NCBI RefSeq assembly: GCF_006345805.1
Contig: NC_043004.1
Coordinates: 93,806,001-93,870,000, forward strand
DNA: 64,000 nt
Origin: Octopus sinensis
Lineage: Eukaryota
Direction: 5' to 3'
Shown: positions 52,084-64,000 of the stretch, in pieces
Numbering within the stretch: the stretch's first letter is position 1
Layout: each line of letters opens with the position of its first letter
Program-made: the position numbers and the translations under genes
The notes under the pieces: generated by a model
The model's database searches: none
Told to the model about the DNA's origin: nothing
What the model saw: the letters and a program-made list of their open reading frames with translations, nothing else

Positions 52084-52582
52084 GGCACATAAAAAACACC
52101 ATCCGAGCGTGGACGTTCGCCAGCCTCGTCTGGCACCTGTGTCGGTGGCACATAAAAAACACCATCCGAGCGTGGCCGTTCGCCAGCCTCGTCTGGCACC
52201 TGTGTCGGTGGCACATAAAAAACACCATCCGAGCGTGGCCGTCCGCCAGCCTCGTCTGGCACCTGTGTCGGTGGCACATAAAAAACACCATCCGAGCGTG
52301 GCCGTTCGCCAGCCTCGTCTGGCACCTGTGTCGGTGGCACATAAAAAACACCATCCGAGCGTGGCCGTCTGCCAGCCTCGTCTGGCACCTGTGTCGGTGG
52401 CACATAAAATCACCCACTACGCTCTCGGAGTGTTGGCGTTAGGAAGGGCATCAGCTGTAGAAAAGCACTGCAGATCTGACTGGCCTGGTGCAGCCTTCGG
52501 GCTTGCCAGACCCCAGTTGAACTGTCCAACCCATGCTAGCATGGAAAGCGGACGTTAAACGATGATGATGATGATGATGATG
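52084..52582 (+). mobile_element. RTE-derived bipartite SINE/non-autonomous element with five 63-bp tandem units
   Basis: 63-bp unit at 52084, 52147, 52210, 52273, 52336; then GGCGTTAGGAAGGGCATC (RTE 5'UTR-type motif) and CCCATGCTAGCATGGAAAGCGGACGTTAAAC(GAT)n tail. Confidence 0.8.
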
Positions 52583-53194
52583 AGTATTAAAGAAGCAAAA
52601 CATCGGGAAGCGTTTTTTGTCTTCTCCCATCAATATCATCCTTTTTCATCATTTATCTCATTAATGTTTTTGTCCAGCCCGCAAGCTACTCTGTGTCATG
52701 CCTTTATGGCAAAATTTTGAAATAAAGCAGTTGTTGAGAACTGGAATCGATATAATCGACTTACCCACTCATCCGAAACTGCTGGCCTTGTGTCAAAATG
52801 TCAAACGAATATTCAAATAAAAAATAAATATACCGCGTGTCATACGATATGTTTTAGAAAGGGAGCGAGTATTGTCTGCGACATGATTCGGCCGTATATG
52901 TGTGCATATATGTGTATGAATGTGTGCGTGTGTGTAAAAATGAAGCTTATTTTTAAAACCAGATTTAAGAATAACAGCAATGTCAAATTTGTAATAGAAT
53001 TTGTTCTGACAGGGACTTGCCGGTTTATAATATACACACACACATACATGTACACAGACGCACACACAGATATGTATACAGGGTGCGATGGGTAAATTCT
53101 TTTTACTATAGGCACAAGGCCCGAGATTTTCGGGGAGGGGGCCTTGCCTTAAAGGAAGGCGGCGGGGCAATATTCACGACAGATTCGACCGACA

Positions 53195-54020
53195 ACCGAA
53201 TTCGTCCCACACGTGACAGTAGCTGTTCGATATAAGCCCACAGGTCTGAAATGTTTGGACAATGCAGGAGTGTGTGCAGAACGGTTTCGTTGCTCTGACG
53301 GCATCTCGGGCAAGTCGGTCCGGTTCTTTTATGAACCGTGTTTGTAGAGTTTATTCCGAACGGGCAATGTTTCCCGATAGCACTGCAAGGCCGGGAATCT
53401 CTGGAAATTGTCCATAGGCCTCGGCCCGAAAGTGGTCCTGAAGAAGCTGGTCAGGTATTCTTCGTCGACGCCCAGTGTCTTCCTAAGAACGTCGTCGTAT
53501 CTCCCCTCCACTAATTCTCTATAGAACGCCTTCGTGGAATTAAAGTCGCACAAATTTGATCCCGGACGGGCAGAGTTGCCCGAGAGCAACGCGTCACTCG
53601 CGGTGCCATTCGCCCCGCCTCGGTCTCTTTGATCCACTATTGCAGCTGCGGGAAAGCGCTTCTCAGAAACAGTGACCACCCGTGTTCACCGTCTTCTATG
53701 AAACGCTGGAGATGTTGCAGTCTCAGCGCATGTCTGCGCATCATTAACCACAGCATGGCCAGCCCTCCATTTAGCGGACGTTGGCAGCAAATGGATCACT
53801 TCCACAAATAGCGGAAGAGTATGCGTTCCAGTTTTGTGATGGTGGTTGGGAAAGGCACGACCGACGGGTAGACAATAGTAGAAGACGGATGTACGCATTC
53901 GTCACTTCAGCCTAAACTTTCAGAGATAGCTTCCTCTCGGCACATTGCTGGGTGAGAGTGGCCACCTACTCGATGTCTCGTCTGAGTTCTCCTCCATTTG
54001 GAGGTTTCGACCGAACCAGA
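53195..54020 (-). pseudogene. L1/Tx1-clade LINE ORF2 3' remnant
   Basis: LPVRNKLYKHG followed (frameshift) by CPRCRQSNETVLHTLLHC, a zf-RVT-type Cx2C..Hx4C knuckle. Confidence 0.75.
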
Positions 54021-54049
54021 CCTCAGACAGACAGACAGACAGACAGATA

Positions 54050-54428
54050 TCTCTCTCTATATAAACGGCAGTTTGTCTGTGCGTGTTTCTGTGTGTCTGT
54101 TTGCTTGTACCCTCACCCTGACCACGGCTTTCAACCGATTCTGATGAAACTTGACACACACATAGCCCAATGTCATATTTCAAAACTAACGCAGCGAAAA
54201 TTTTGAAAAGTTCCCCCAGTTCTGAAAAAAATCGATAAATTCGACATGGGGTCGAGAATTAGGAATACGAACCACAAACTGTCTAGGGGACGCAACTCTA
54301 CCTTTTTTAAATCCAAAAAAAAATTTACCATCATTTTTCCATTTTTTGCTATTTTTGGCTATAACTCTCTAAAAATGCTTTATAGTTATTTCCCTTAAAA
54401 CCTGAGCAACGCCGGGCGATACTGCTAG
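54050..54428 (+). mobile_element. Non-autonomous Helitron, different 5' half but shared 3' end
   Basis: A|TCTCTCTCTATATAAAC ... CCTGAGCAACGCCGGGCGATACTGCTAG|T. Confidence 0.88.
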
Positions 54429-54444
54429 TATATATATATATATA

Positions 54445-54473
54445 TATAGATAGATAGACAGGCAGATAGATAG

Positions 54474-54564
<91 letters not shown>

Positions 54565-54573
54565 GTAGACTGG

Positions 54574-54652
<79 letters not shown>

Positions 54653-54655
54653 GTA
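54445..54655. repeat. (GATA)n microsatellite
   Basis: Directly visible; others at 28066-28140, 57265-57385, 57533-57582. Confidence 0.95.
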
Positions 54656-54924
54656 TGGAACAGACTGAGTGGATTTGCCTGCACTTTTTAGCAGATAGCC
54701 CATGTAGAGGCTGTCTCATTAGCAAGCCTTAGAAAACTTTTGAAACCTCTCTATACGATTTCTTTTGTTTCCCCTGGGCTTTTCCTTCAGAGATTCCGTT
54801 GGAATATTAACCTGTTTGATCTTACAACGCAGCCATATTACGTCAGTCGGTGTCTTTATCCTACAGTCATTAGATGATCAAACGACGATAGGTCGAATTA
54901 TTTAAATCAATAAACTATATGCTG

Positions 54925-55300
54925 TCTACCACAACTACCGTCATCAACAGCACCACCATAACTAACACCACACCGACAATGGCACCAACACTACTAACAA
55001 CTCAAACACTGCAATACAACCAACAGCAACAGCAACTACAACAACACTGCAAACAACATCCTCAACATCCCTGCAGACTAACCACCACCACTACAACCAT
55101 GCCGCCCTCAACCACCACCATTAGCCACCACCATCATTTTAATCATAATAAACTCTTCAACACCACGACCATCATCACCACGCCCGCCATCACCACGAAC
55201 ACCATCGCCACGCCCACCATTATCTTAATCACAATAAACACACCAACACCACGCCCACATCACACCACTGTCGTACACCAATCCCTTCACCACCAATTAA
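54925..55300. repeat. (CAC/CAA)-rich low-complexity tract
   Basis: Degenerate trinucleotide repeats. Confidence 0.8.
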
Positions 55301-55894
55301 AAATGATATCTTAAATGAACGATTTGAGTTTTAATTATGATACAAGCATTAATCTGAAATACCAACAGTGTAGACACTCCCACAACATTTGAACTTCGAA
55401 CTTCATATGTATGGTGCCGAAGAAATTGACCGTAGACACTGAAGATATTTCTATGAGGACCCTAGAAATACAAGAAATAGTTAACGCATTTCACTCAAAC
55501 CACATCCTAGGGGAATTACAACAGCTCCTTTATAGGATCCAGTTAGCTCAAGACATCATCAAGAGGAACCACGTCCGGTTTCGGCCCCTACTCCTCTTGG
55601 AGGTGTCTTCAGCTCTGGTGTTGGGTGCATGTCTTCTTTCTTCTTCTTTCTTCTGTTCCCTGGCCTCTTCGATGTATCGTCTTTCGAAAAAAATATCAAA
55701 GAACATAAAGAACGTTGTTGGATAATGCGTTGCGGGTTATATACATCTATGTTTGAACAAACAGTCGGAATGTTTATTGCTGCCATGGCCTTAAACGCTT
55801 TTGTCACTGTATTTCTGTGGAAATTGATTTTGAGTAAATTAATTTCGAAAATAATAATGAATGAAGTAAAATAACTAAATTATTAAGCTGGCAG

Positions 55895-56670
55895 ACGGTG
55901 GCGAACTGGCAGAACCGTTCCCGCGCCGGACAAAGTGCTTCGTGATATTTCGTCCGTCCTTACGCTGTGATTTAAAATTCTTTAGAGATCATCCTTTCGG
56001 GGTCGATAAATTAAGAACCAGTTGAACACTGGGGTCGTTGTAATCGACTAGTCTTCTCCCCACAAATATCAAGCCTTTTGCCTATAAAAGAAAGGGCCAT
56101 AAACTGGCTGAACCTATGTTATGGTAGAAGATAATGTGATGACTGATCTGTTATTACTATTAATCTTGTCAAGGCGGTGAGCTGGCAGAATCGTTACTGC
56201 GCCGGACAAAATGCTTAGCGACATTTCGTCGTCTTTACGTTCTGAGTTAAAATTCCGTAGAGGTCATCTTTTCGAGGTCGATTAAATAAAAACCAGATGG
56301 ACACTGGGGTTGATGTAATCGACTAGCCTTCTCCTACCCCGCCCCCCCCCCAAATATGAGGCAAGTTGGTATGAAAAGGGTTAAAGATGGGGTTGCTCAG
56401 TATGGGTTTATCTGAAATAAACAGCAACAACAACAGCAATGTTCCGAAATAATCTCAGTACACAGTACAATTTGTCATAATATAAGCTGGTTGAACCTTA
56501 TGTTATGGTAGAAAACTATGTGATGACCGATCCGCTATTGATCTTGTCAAAGCGACAAGCTGGCAGAAACGTTACCGCGCCGGAAAAAATGTCCAGCCGG
56601 ATTTCTTCTGAGTTCAAATGCTGAGTTCAAATTGCTGGCCTTCAGTCAAAATTTGAAACCATTATTATTA
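55895..56670 (+). mobile_element. Head-to-tail family-D SINE cluster with duplicated upstream segment
   Basis: Units at ~55895, 56170, 56548; the ~70-bp leader GAACCT.ATGTTATGGTAGAA..TGTGATGAC.GATC precedes two of them. Confidence 0.75.
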
Positions 56671-57294
56671 AGCTGGTGTTTGGACATAATTTAACACGAA
56701 ATTTTGATGTAGGTTTTACATTTAGATCACTTAAAAACGAGAAGTTTAGTCTATAGAACCAATGATGGTCTGAGGCAAGTTGGTATGAAAAGGGTTAAAG
56801 ATGGGATTGCAATATTCCGAAATAATTTCAGTAAATAGTACAGTTTGTCACGCCATCTCTTGAGAGGACAGTTGTAGGACGGCTTTTCAAATGAAAGATC
56901 TTAACAACAGATAAATTAGAGAAGTGTCAGAGTGAGAAAAAAATCAAAACCGAGATAAAAACAAGTTATTAACCTTTCCAAGTGATGCGAAAGGAAAAGA
57001 TAAAACACGGAGAAGACGACAGGGGGCGCTTTTATCATTGTAATTTACTTTTTTTTTTGTCGTTCGGATACTTACAATAATATAGTAGTTACACATCTGT
57101 GTAAAGACGTACGTCCATGTATGCCTTCATACGTACACACACATGCATTTATATGATACACACACATATGTGTATATATGTATATATATATATATGGGCA
57201 TAGTGAGAAAACTGAGTGATGTGGATAGAGAAACTGACAAACAGACGGACGGACAGACAGACAAATAGATAGATAGATAGATAGATAGATAGAT

Positions 57295-57387
<93 letters not shown>

Positions 57388-57531
57388 TGTTTCTTTATTA
57401 GCCACACAGGGCTGCACACAGACAGGACAAATTACAAGGTACAGCTTTTCTTTTGGGGGTAAAAAAAAGGGGGTTTGGTTTTCGATCAAAAGGGATCGTA
57501 AAAGGAAAGAAAGAGGACAAAAAAAGGGGGG

Positions 57532-57585
<54 letters not shown>

Positions 57586-57839
57586 GAGGAAACACATTGA
57601 GATTGAGAAAAACCTGACAGGCAACCAAATACTGATATATAGTCAAGCAGTTTCACAATCTATAACTTTAAAGTTTCTGAACTTACACTTTACACACACG
57701 CACACACACACACACACTCACACACACACACACATACACGCACACACACACACGCACACACACACACGCACGCACGCACACACACACTCACACACATTCA
57801 CGCATACATACTTGTATACGCATAAATACATAGACACGT

Positions 57840-58576
57840 AGAAACCTATGTGCATACAAAGATACCTACGCATATACGTACATAGAAACAAATATACATC
57901 ATACATACATGCATAGGTACATACATACATCAGGCATTCAAAGAAACATAGACACATACTTACACACATATGTATATACATTATTACCGACATACATACC
58001 TAAATACACACATATATATATATATATACAAGTATACATACGTAGAAAGATACATACATACCTACATACATACATACATACATACATACATACATACATA
58101 CATTCATACATACATACATACATACAAACACACATACATACATACATACATACATACATGCATACATACATACATTCATACATACATACATACATACATA
58201 CATGCATACATACATACATGCATACATACATACATACATACATACTTACACACATACATACATACATACATACATTCATACATACTTACATACATGCATA
58301 CATACATACATACATGCATACATACATACATACATACATACATACATGCATGCATACATACATACATACATACATACATACACATACATACATACATACA
58401 TACATACATACATTCATACATACATTCATACATACTTACATACATGCATACATACATGCATACATACATACATACATACATACATACATACATACATACA
58501 TACATTCATACATACATACATACATTCATACATACATACATACATACATACATACATACATACATACATACATACA

Positions 58577-58607
<31 letters not shown>

Positions 58608-58620
58608 GTACATACAAACA
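57840..58620. repeat. Long (CATA)n microsatellite
   Basis: Directly visible; source of the HTYI/MYVC ORFs. Confidence 0.95.
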
Positions 58621-59143
58621 TTCGTAAGGATATGTGAGTGAATGTGTGTATGTGTATGTGTACATATGTGTGTACGTTTGTCTATGTGTATACCCAACAC
58701 GTAGCGCGACGATACTGTAGACTGAACTTCAAATCATCTAAGCGCACATCATCTAATTTTATCCTCTAAGTTATTTTGACCCTGATGTCACAGGTGAGAC
58801 AGTAACAACGTGACACTTCAAAGGGTCCAATACTGAAAGATTTCAATACTGTAACATTGTCTGGTCTGGTCTATCTGTCTGTCTGTCGGTCGGTCTGTCT
58901 GTCTATTTCCCAGAGGTCCTGATAAACAGTTAAATACAAAACGAATTACACGGTTGCATATATATATATAAGCCATACGCAGACATATACAACTACACAT
59001 GTGTATATACATATAAATACACTGCTGTAGACAGCCACACATACGGTCTTATTTTTTTATTGATATATTCTGTCATAGCATTTCTCTCTGTACAAAAGTC
59101 TAAAAATTGATTAAAATCATCATCATTCTCCCTCTGTACCACC

Positions 59144-59177
<34 letters not shown>

Positions 59178-59183
59178 TTATTA

Positions 59184-59348
59184 TAGGCGTAGTACTGGCT
59201 GTGTGGTTAGTAGCTTGCTTACCAGCCACATAGTTCCGGGTTCAGTTCCACTGCGTGGGACCTTGGGCAAGTGTCTTCTACTATAGCCTCGGGCCGACCA
59301 AAGCCTTGTGAGTGGATTTGGTAGACAGAAACTGAAAAAAGCCCGTCG

Positions 59349-59382
<34 letters not shown>

Positions 59383-59678
59383 GTAATATATATATATATA
59401 AGTATATGTATATTATGTATGTATGTTATGTATGTATGTATGTATGTATGTATTGTATGTATGTATGTATGTATGTTACGTATGTGTGTGTGTATATGTT
59501 TGTGTTTGTGTTTGTCCCCCGAACATCGCTTGACAACCCAGAGGTTCGGCAAAAGAGACCGATAGAATAAGTAGTAGGCTTACAAAGAATAAGTCAAGGG
59601 GGCGATTTTCTCGACTAAAGGCGGTGCTCCAGCATGGCCACAGTCAAACGACTGAAACAAGTAAAAGAGTAAAAGAGT
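59184..59678 (+). mobile_element. SINE family C
   Basis: Head GGCGTAGTACTGGCTGTGTGGT..GGTTCAGTTCC, ACCTTGGGCAAGT, internal microsatellite, AAAAGAGT tail. Confidence 0.9.
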
Positions 59679-59924
59679 ATATAAAACGTTTCTGATTCAA
59701 ATTGGTGCCTTTCATAAAACGAAATGTCTTTATTTCTGGTGTTTTCAACATCATAAATAATCACATCAGAGTTTAATGTGACGATTTAAAAAAATATTAG
59801 CGGTTAGCAAATATTATTCTTCGGATGAACAAAGGAGACAATTCCGAACATTTTCTCGTTCTTGGCTTTCACCAATAGAAGTATAGCCTTTGCTAGTTGT
59901 TTGTTGTCATTGTAGTAATTAGTA

Positions 59925-60250
59925 AAAGACCCCCTTCGGTCATGACTGACCATGGGATTGCACCTAGAAAGTTACCCTCCTAGACACACGTTCGGGCAAG
60001 GTTGTTTATGGAAGACCAGCAGTCGCCCATGCATACCAGCCTCCCCTCTCCACGCCACCACTGTTATCCAAGGGAAAGACAAAGGTCGATACAGCTTGGC
60101 AGTTGTGACGTCGCAACTCATTTCTACAGCTGAATGAACTGGAGCAACGTGAAATAAAGTGCCTTGCTCAAGAACACAGCACGCAGCCCGGTCCGGGATT
60201 CGAGCTCACAACCTCACGATCGTAAGCTCGACGCTCTAACCACTGAGCCA
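59925..60250 (-). mobile_element. SINE family B
   Basis: Reverse complement of the family consensus. Confidence 0.88.
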
Positions 60251-60271
60251 TACTATAGAGAAATGTTTATA

Positions 60272-60852
60272 AAACTAGAAAAGCACTCGGAGAGCGCAGA
60301 CCTCCGCCAAGCAGCTCATTTCCATCCATATACACACGCATGCTGAAAATCGCCCAATTTCCCAAAGGAACGCCGGCAAAAAAACTTCCTTGGCGGGGGT
60401 AAAAAAAATAACAAGGGATCATCTGAAGCAGTTATAATACATCAATGACAACAGCAAGTTCTGCAGACCTCCTCCGCCAAGCAGCTCATTTTGAGATAGA
60501 TACGCCAGTAAAATTACTAATTGAGAAACGAAAATAAACTTTGGAAACAGCAACGCCACCATAAGTTATGTGGAAACGATAAACGTGTTTTCAAGGGAGA
60601 TAATCAAAGAACGTAACATTGTAATACTTCATGTAAAGTAAATATAACAAATGAAAAATCCTTCAAGAATCCATACAAATCCTCGAATCACTACCAAAAT
60701 TTCATCATCTGTTCCTTGTATCATTACCAATTTTTCCTGCACGTTTCATCAAATACCGTTCATAACTTTTTTTTAGTTATTTTGCACACAGACGGGAAGG
60801 CGGACAAACCAACGCCGATGAAAACATAATCTCCTTCCTTGGCGGAGTTAAT
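60272..60852 (-). mobile_element. Helentron-associated non-autonomous element (HINE/DINE-1-like), two tandem units
   Basis: Subterminal IRs ACCTCCGCCAAG / CTTGGCGGAG, 3' hairpin GCACTCGGAGAGCGC, T/A-rich flanks; extra sub-TIRs at ~60390 and ~60470. Confidence 0.75.
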
Positions 60853-60957
60853 AATCCCCTAGCAAATTTAATTAATTGTTAATTTAATTATAAAGTAAGT
60901 TATGCACTTATTTACGATGTAAAAATGTGAGTTTTTTTTATGTCTAATCCTTTTCCT

Positions 60958-61344
60958 TTCCTTTTACTTGTTTCAGTCATTTGACTGCGGCCATGCTGGA
61001 GCACCGCCTTTAGTCGAGCAAATCGATCCCAGGGCTTATTCTTTGTAAGCCTAGTACTTATTCTTTCGGTCTCTTTTGCCGAACCGCTAAGTTACGAGGG
61101 ACGCAAACACACCAGCATCAGTTGTCAAGCGATGTTGGGGGGACAAACACAGACACACAAACACATATATATGCATATATACGACGGGCTTCTTTCTGTT
61201 TCCGTCTACCAAATCCACTCACAAGGCTTTGGTCGGCCCGAGGCTATAGTAGAAGACACTTGCCCAAGATGCCACGCAGTGGGACTGAACCCGGAACCAT
61301 ATGGTTGGTAAACAAGCTACTTACCACACAGCCACTCCTACGCC
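60958..61344 (-). mobile_element. SINE family C
   Basis: Full-length copy; a 5' half copy lies on + at 61419-61585. Confidence 0.9.
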
Positions 61345-61642
61345 TAATATTTGATTTACGCTAAAATTTCAGCAATAGATTTGAAACCTACTATTTTGCT
61401 CGTGTTTATCACCCACATAGGCGCAGAACGTGGTTGTGTGGTAAGACGTTTGCTACACAACTACATTATTCTGAGTTCAATCCCACTGCGTCGTACCCTG
61501 GGTAAGTGACTTCTACTATACTCTCGGGTCGACCAAAGTCTTATGAGTGGATTTAGTAGGCGGAAACTGAAAGAAGTCAGTTGTGTATACATATCGTTAG
61601 CCACTACACACATTTTTTTCTCTCCTTATTTTTTCTGTGTCC

Positions 61643-61678
61643 CTTTCTGTAGAAGAGCGTAGGCTCGAAACGTAAAAG
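61643..61678 (+). ncRNA. Minimal hammerhead, A6U-mutated (element 61590-61770)
   Basis: cttt-CTGTAGA-a-gagc(gtag)gctc-GAAA-cg-TA-aaag. Confidence 0.55.
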
Positions 61679-62142
61679 ACTTTTTCTATTCCTGAGCGTT
61701 ATACTAATACATCTGTTTGTTTTGTACACCACCTGTCTTCGTCTTGTTTTTTCGTAAACTCTCCCTATTTATATATATATGTTCTATCTAGAACATTAAC
61801 AGATACGAAGTTCACTCACACATACACTTATAAACAATTAAAACAACACACACACACACACACACACACATACACACACACACACACACACAGAGTTACT
61901 ACCATCTGCATACGGACACATGCACTCAGTTACAGCCACACACGCACACATACATGCTATTACACGTGCGTGCACACATACCCACACATACGCACAGATA
62001 CCTCCTTCTCTTACACTCTCCTGCCTTAGAAAAAACTTTTTCTTCATCCATTCCCTTCCGGTCATTTCAGAATGTAACTACAAGTGGATTGTTGGTAAAT
62101 TTTCCCCGTCTTCCTTTTCTCTTGGACTTTCCTCTGTCTCCT

Positions 62143-62177
62143 GTTTCTGAAGAGGAGCTTTGCTCCAAACGAAAAAC
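62143..62177 (+). ncRNA. Degenerate minimal hammerhead (element 62070-62285)
   Basis: gttt-CTGAAGA-g-gagc(ttt)gctc-CAAA-cg-AA-aaac; paralogue of 47771. Confidence 0.5.
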
Positions 62178-62288
62178 TAACTTTCTTTCCTTCCCTGAGC
62201 GTCTGTTAATACATTGCATTTACCACGTCCTCGCGTTGTTGTTTTTCTCCTCCTTGTGTTTATTTTTTGGGGTGGTGGGGATTAATAT

Positions 62289-62341
<53 letters not shown>

Positions 62342-62609
62342 TCAGACCATTATTTAGATAACGATAATATCAAATGGCCAGCATGGAAAAAAACCGTATA
62401 GGTAATAATATTATTGATATTTGATAATATAAATATAATTATAATTAAGGGTACGGAAGAAGCACCACCTTGTCTCAGGAATAGCAGTCAAAACTGACTC
62501 AAGAACCACGTCATGCGTTCATACTGCACAGGTGAAAAGATAAATGAACAAAGAAATTAGCAAAAAATGAGCGGTTAGCTCCAAATCGACGATTTCAGGC
62601 TTAGTAATA

Positions 62610-63414
62610 CAATAATCCCTCGATTATCGCGGGTGTTACTTTCCCAAAAGCCCCCGATAGTTGAAAATCCGCGAAGTAGAAACAGAACTTTACTGTATAC
62701 TTTTTTTATATTTTTATAATTTGTATATATTTAATTTATTACAAATGCAAAATAACACCACAGAGGAATCGATGTTACGTTCCAAAAAAACCTTGCGATA
62801 GATGAAAATCCGCGAAGTAGAAACAATACCGCATATTTTTGCATTCCCCACCTTGAGTACTGTTGCCTTCTGTGGGCCCCCCATACGAAACAACTCATTA
62901 TGAAAGTAGAAGCACCCCAGAGGTCCATAACAAGAAAGATAGACGGCATGAGAGGCATTGATTATTGTGACCTGGGCTTATACAAATTATGTATGTATTT
63001 ATTTTATTATTTTTATATATTTGAGCTTTTATAAACTCTCCCCCACACTCTTAGGAGTACCCGTGTCTTCTCTTTTTTTCCTTCCGAGTTTCGTTTGCCA
63101 TACAGTATGTGCGATTCTTTGTTTACTCATCTACGGTACACTACATATTTTCTTTTAATATATTTTAATTAATGTGTTATACACAGCAGTACTGTATTGT
63201 ATTTTTATTTATCAATTTATAATTTTTTTAAGCGTGAAAATGCTTATTTTATCACAGAAATAACTAAAATCTAAGAAAATATAAATACCTATCGGCAGCA
63301 GAAACCCGCGATATACTGCGGAATACGCGATATAAATTTACATATGTTAGCATGAAAAGTCCGCGATGTAGTGAGGGCGTGATTAGTGAACCGCGATATG
63401 GCGATTGATTACTG
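62610..63414. mobile_element. pogo/Tigger-like non-autonomous DNA transposon
   Basis: TA|CAATAATCCCTCGATTATCGCGG ... CCGCGATATGGCGATTGATTACTG|TA; internal ~60-bp duplication. Confidence 0.75.
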
Positions 63415-64000
63415 TATAGGCGAAATTATATTTTTTTTTAATTAATCCTGATATTGCAGTGTTGCTAGCAGGTGCTTGTGTGTACGTGTTTCTGTGTATA
63501 TGTATTTCTCTGTGTCTCTACATGTGTGTGTGTGTGTGTACGCGCGTATTCGATCCGACTCCGCCACGTCGCAGCCTATTTTACACAATGAACCCATTAA
63601 TAAGTAGCATTAAAAAAATCTGAAAGCAAAGTGTTTCTTTAAACCACTTAAAGCGTACAGAGAAGGAAGCTGAAGAGAAATCACCAGTTCTCTTCAACTG
63701 AGAACCAACAAGTAAAATTGTTCACACACTTCACTTTTGCACTATGTATTATAAGCGTAGATACACACACACACACACACGCACACACACAATAATACAT
63801 GTATACATGCATATATACATACATACATGCATTACATACATGCATGCATACATACATGCATATATGCACACATACATACGCATACCCTCACACACATCAA
63901 CAAAGCAATGAAAGACTCAACTATCATGATAAATATTGATTTCTTCCATAAAAATACACGTATTTATGTATGTTTGTATGTATGTCCGTATGTATAATAC

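Noticed and set aside
52084-52408. CRISPR-like regular repeat
   Set aside because: Units are contiguous 63-bp near-identical repeats with no unique spacers, no cas genes, and the context is eukaryotic.
55560-55620. Minus-strand CTGAAGA..GAAACC..GGTT hammerhead-like string
   Set aside because: Stem II base and stem I are mismatched; likely chance.
56680-56797. piggyBac-like end (AAAGGG|TTAA, also at ~56380)
   Set aside because: Only one terminus orientation is visible; no matching left TIR found.
57909-58641. Long ORFs (242 and 223 aa) and similar YI/HT/VC-rich ORFs at 23.5-24.6, 38.7-39.3 and 54.3-54.7 kb
   Set aside because: Translations of stop-free microsatellites.

Overview
Repeat-saturated, AT-rich eukaryotic DNA, most likely intergenic or intronic sequence of an octopus (coleoid cephalopod). 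This is inferred from the tRNA-derived SINE families and the long (TA)n/(CA)n/(GATA)n/(CATA)n tracts; no database check was run. No host gene could be confidently identified, and almost all of the ORF track is microsatellite or SINE translation. The only intact CDS is a 350-aa DD34D mariner transposase inside a complete TIR element. The rest is a layered TE landscape: four tRNA-SINE families (dozens of copies, many with TSDs and nesting), RTE, R4-like and L1/Tx1-like LINE remnants, Helitrons and a Helentron-type HINE, a Tigger-like MITE and a Merlin-like MITE. The most striking signal is invisible in the ORF track: about a dozen minimal type-I hammerhead ribozyme motifs from at least six sequence families (Penelope-like pLTR or retrozyme-like remnants). 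Most lie next to (TA)n or (TAA)n tracts and have palindromic stem III (dimer-type). They show compensatory 3:8 core variants (C3-G8, U3-G8, G3-C8, possibly U3-A8), and two sit in near-perfect ~280-310 bp fold-back palindromes. Coordinates were read by eye and may be off by a few bases.
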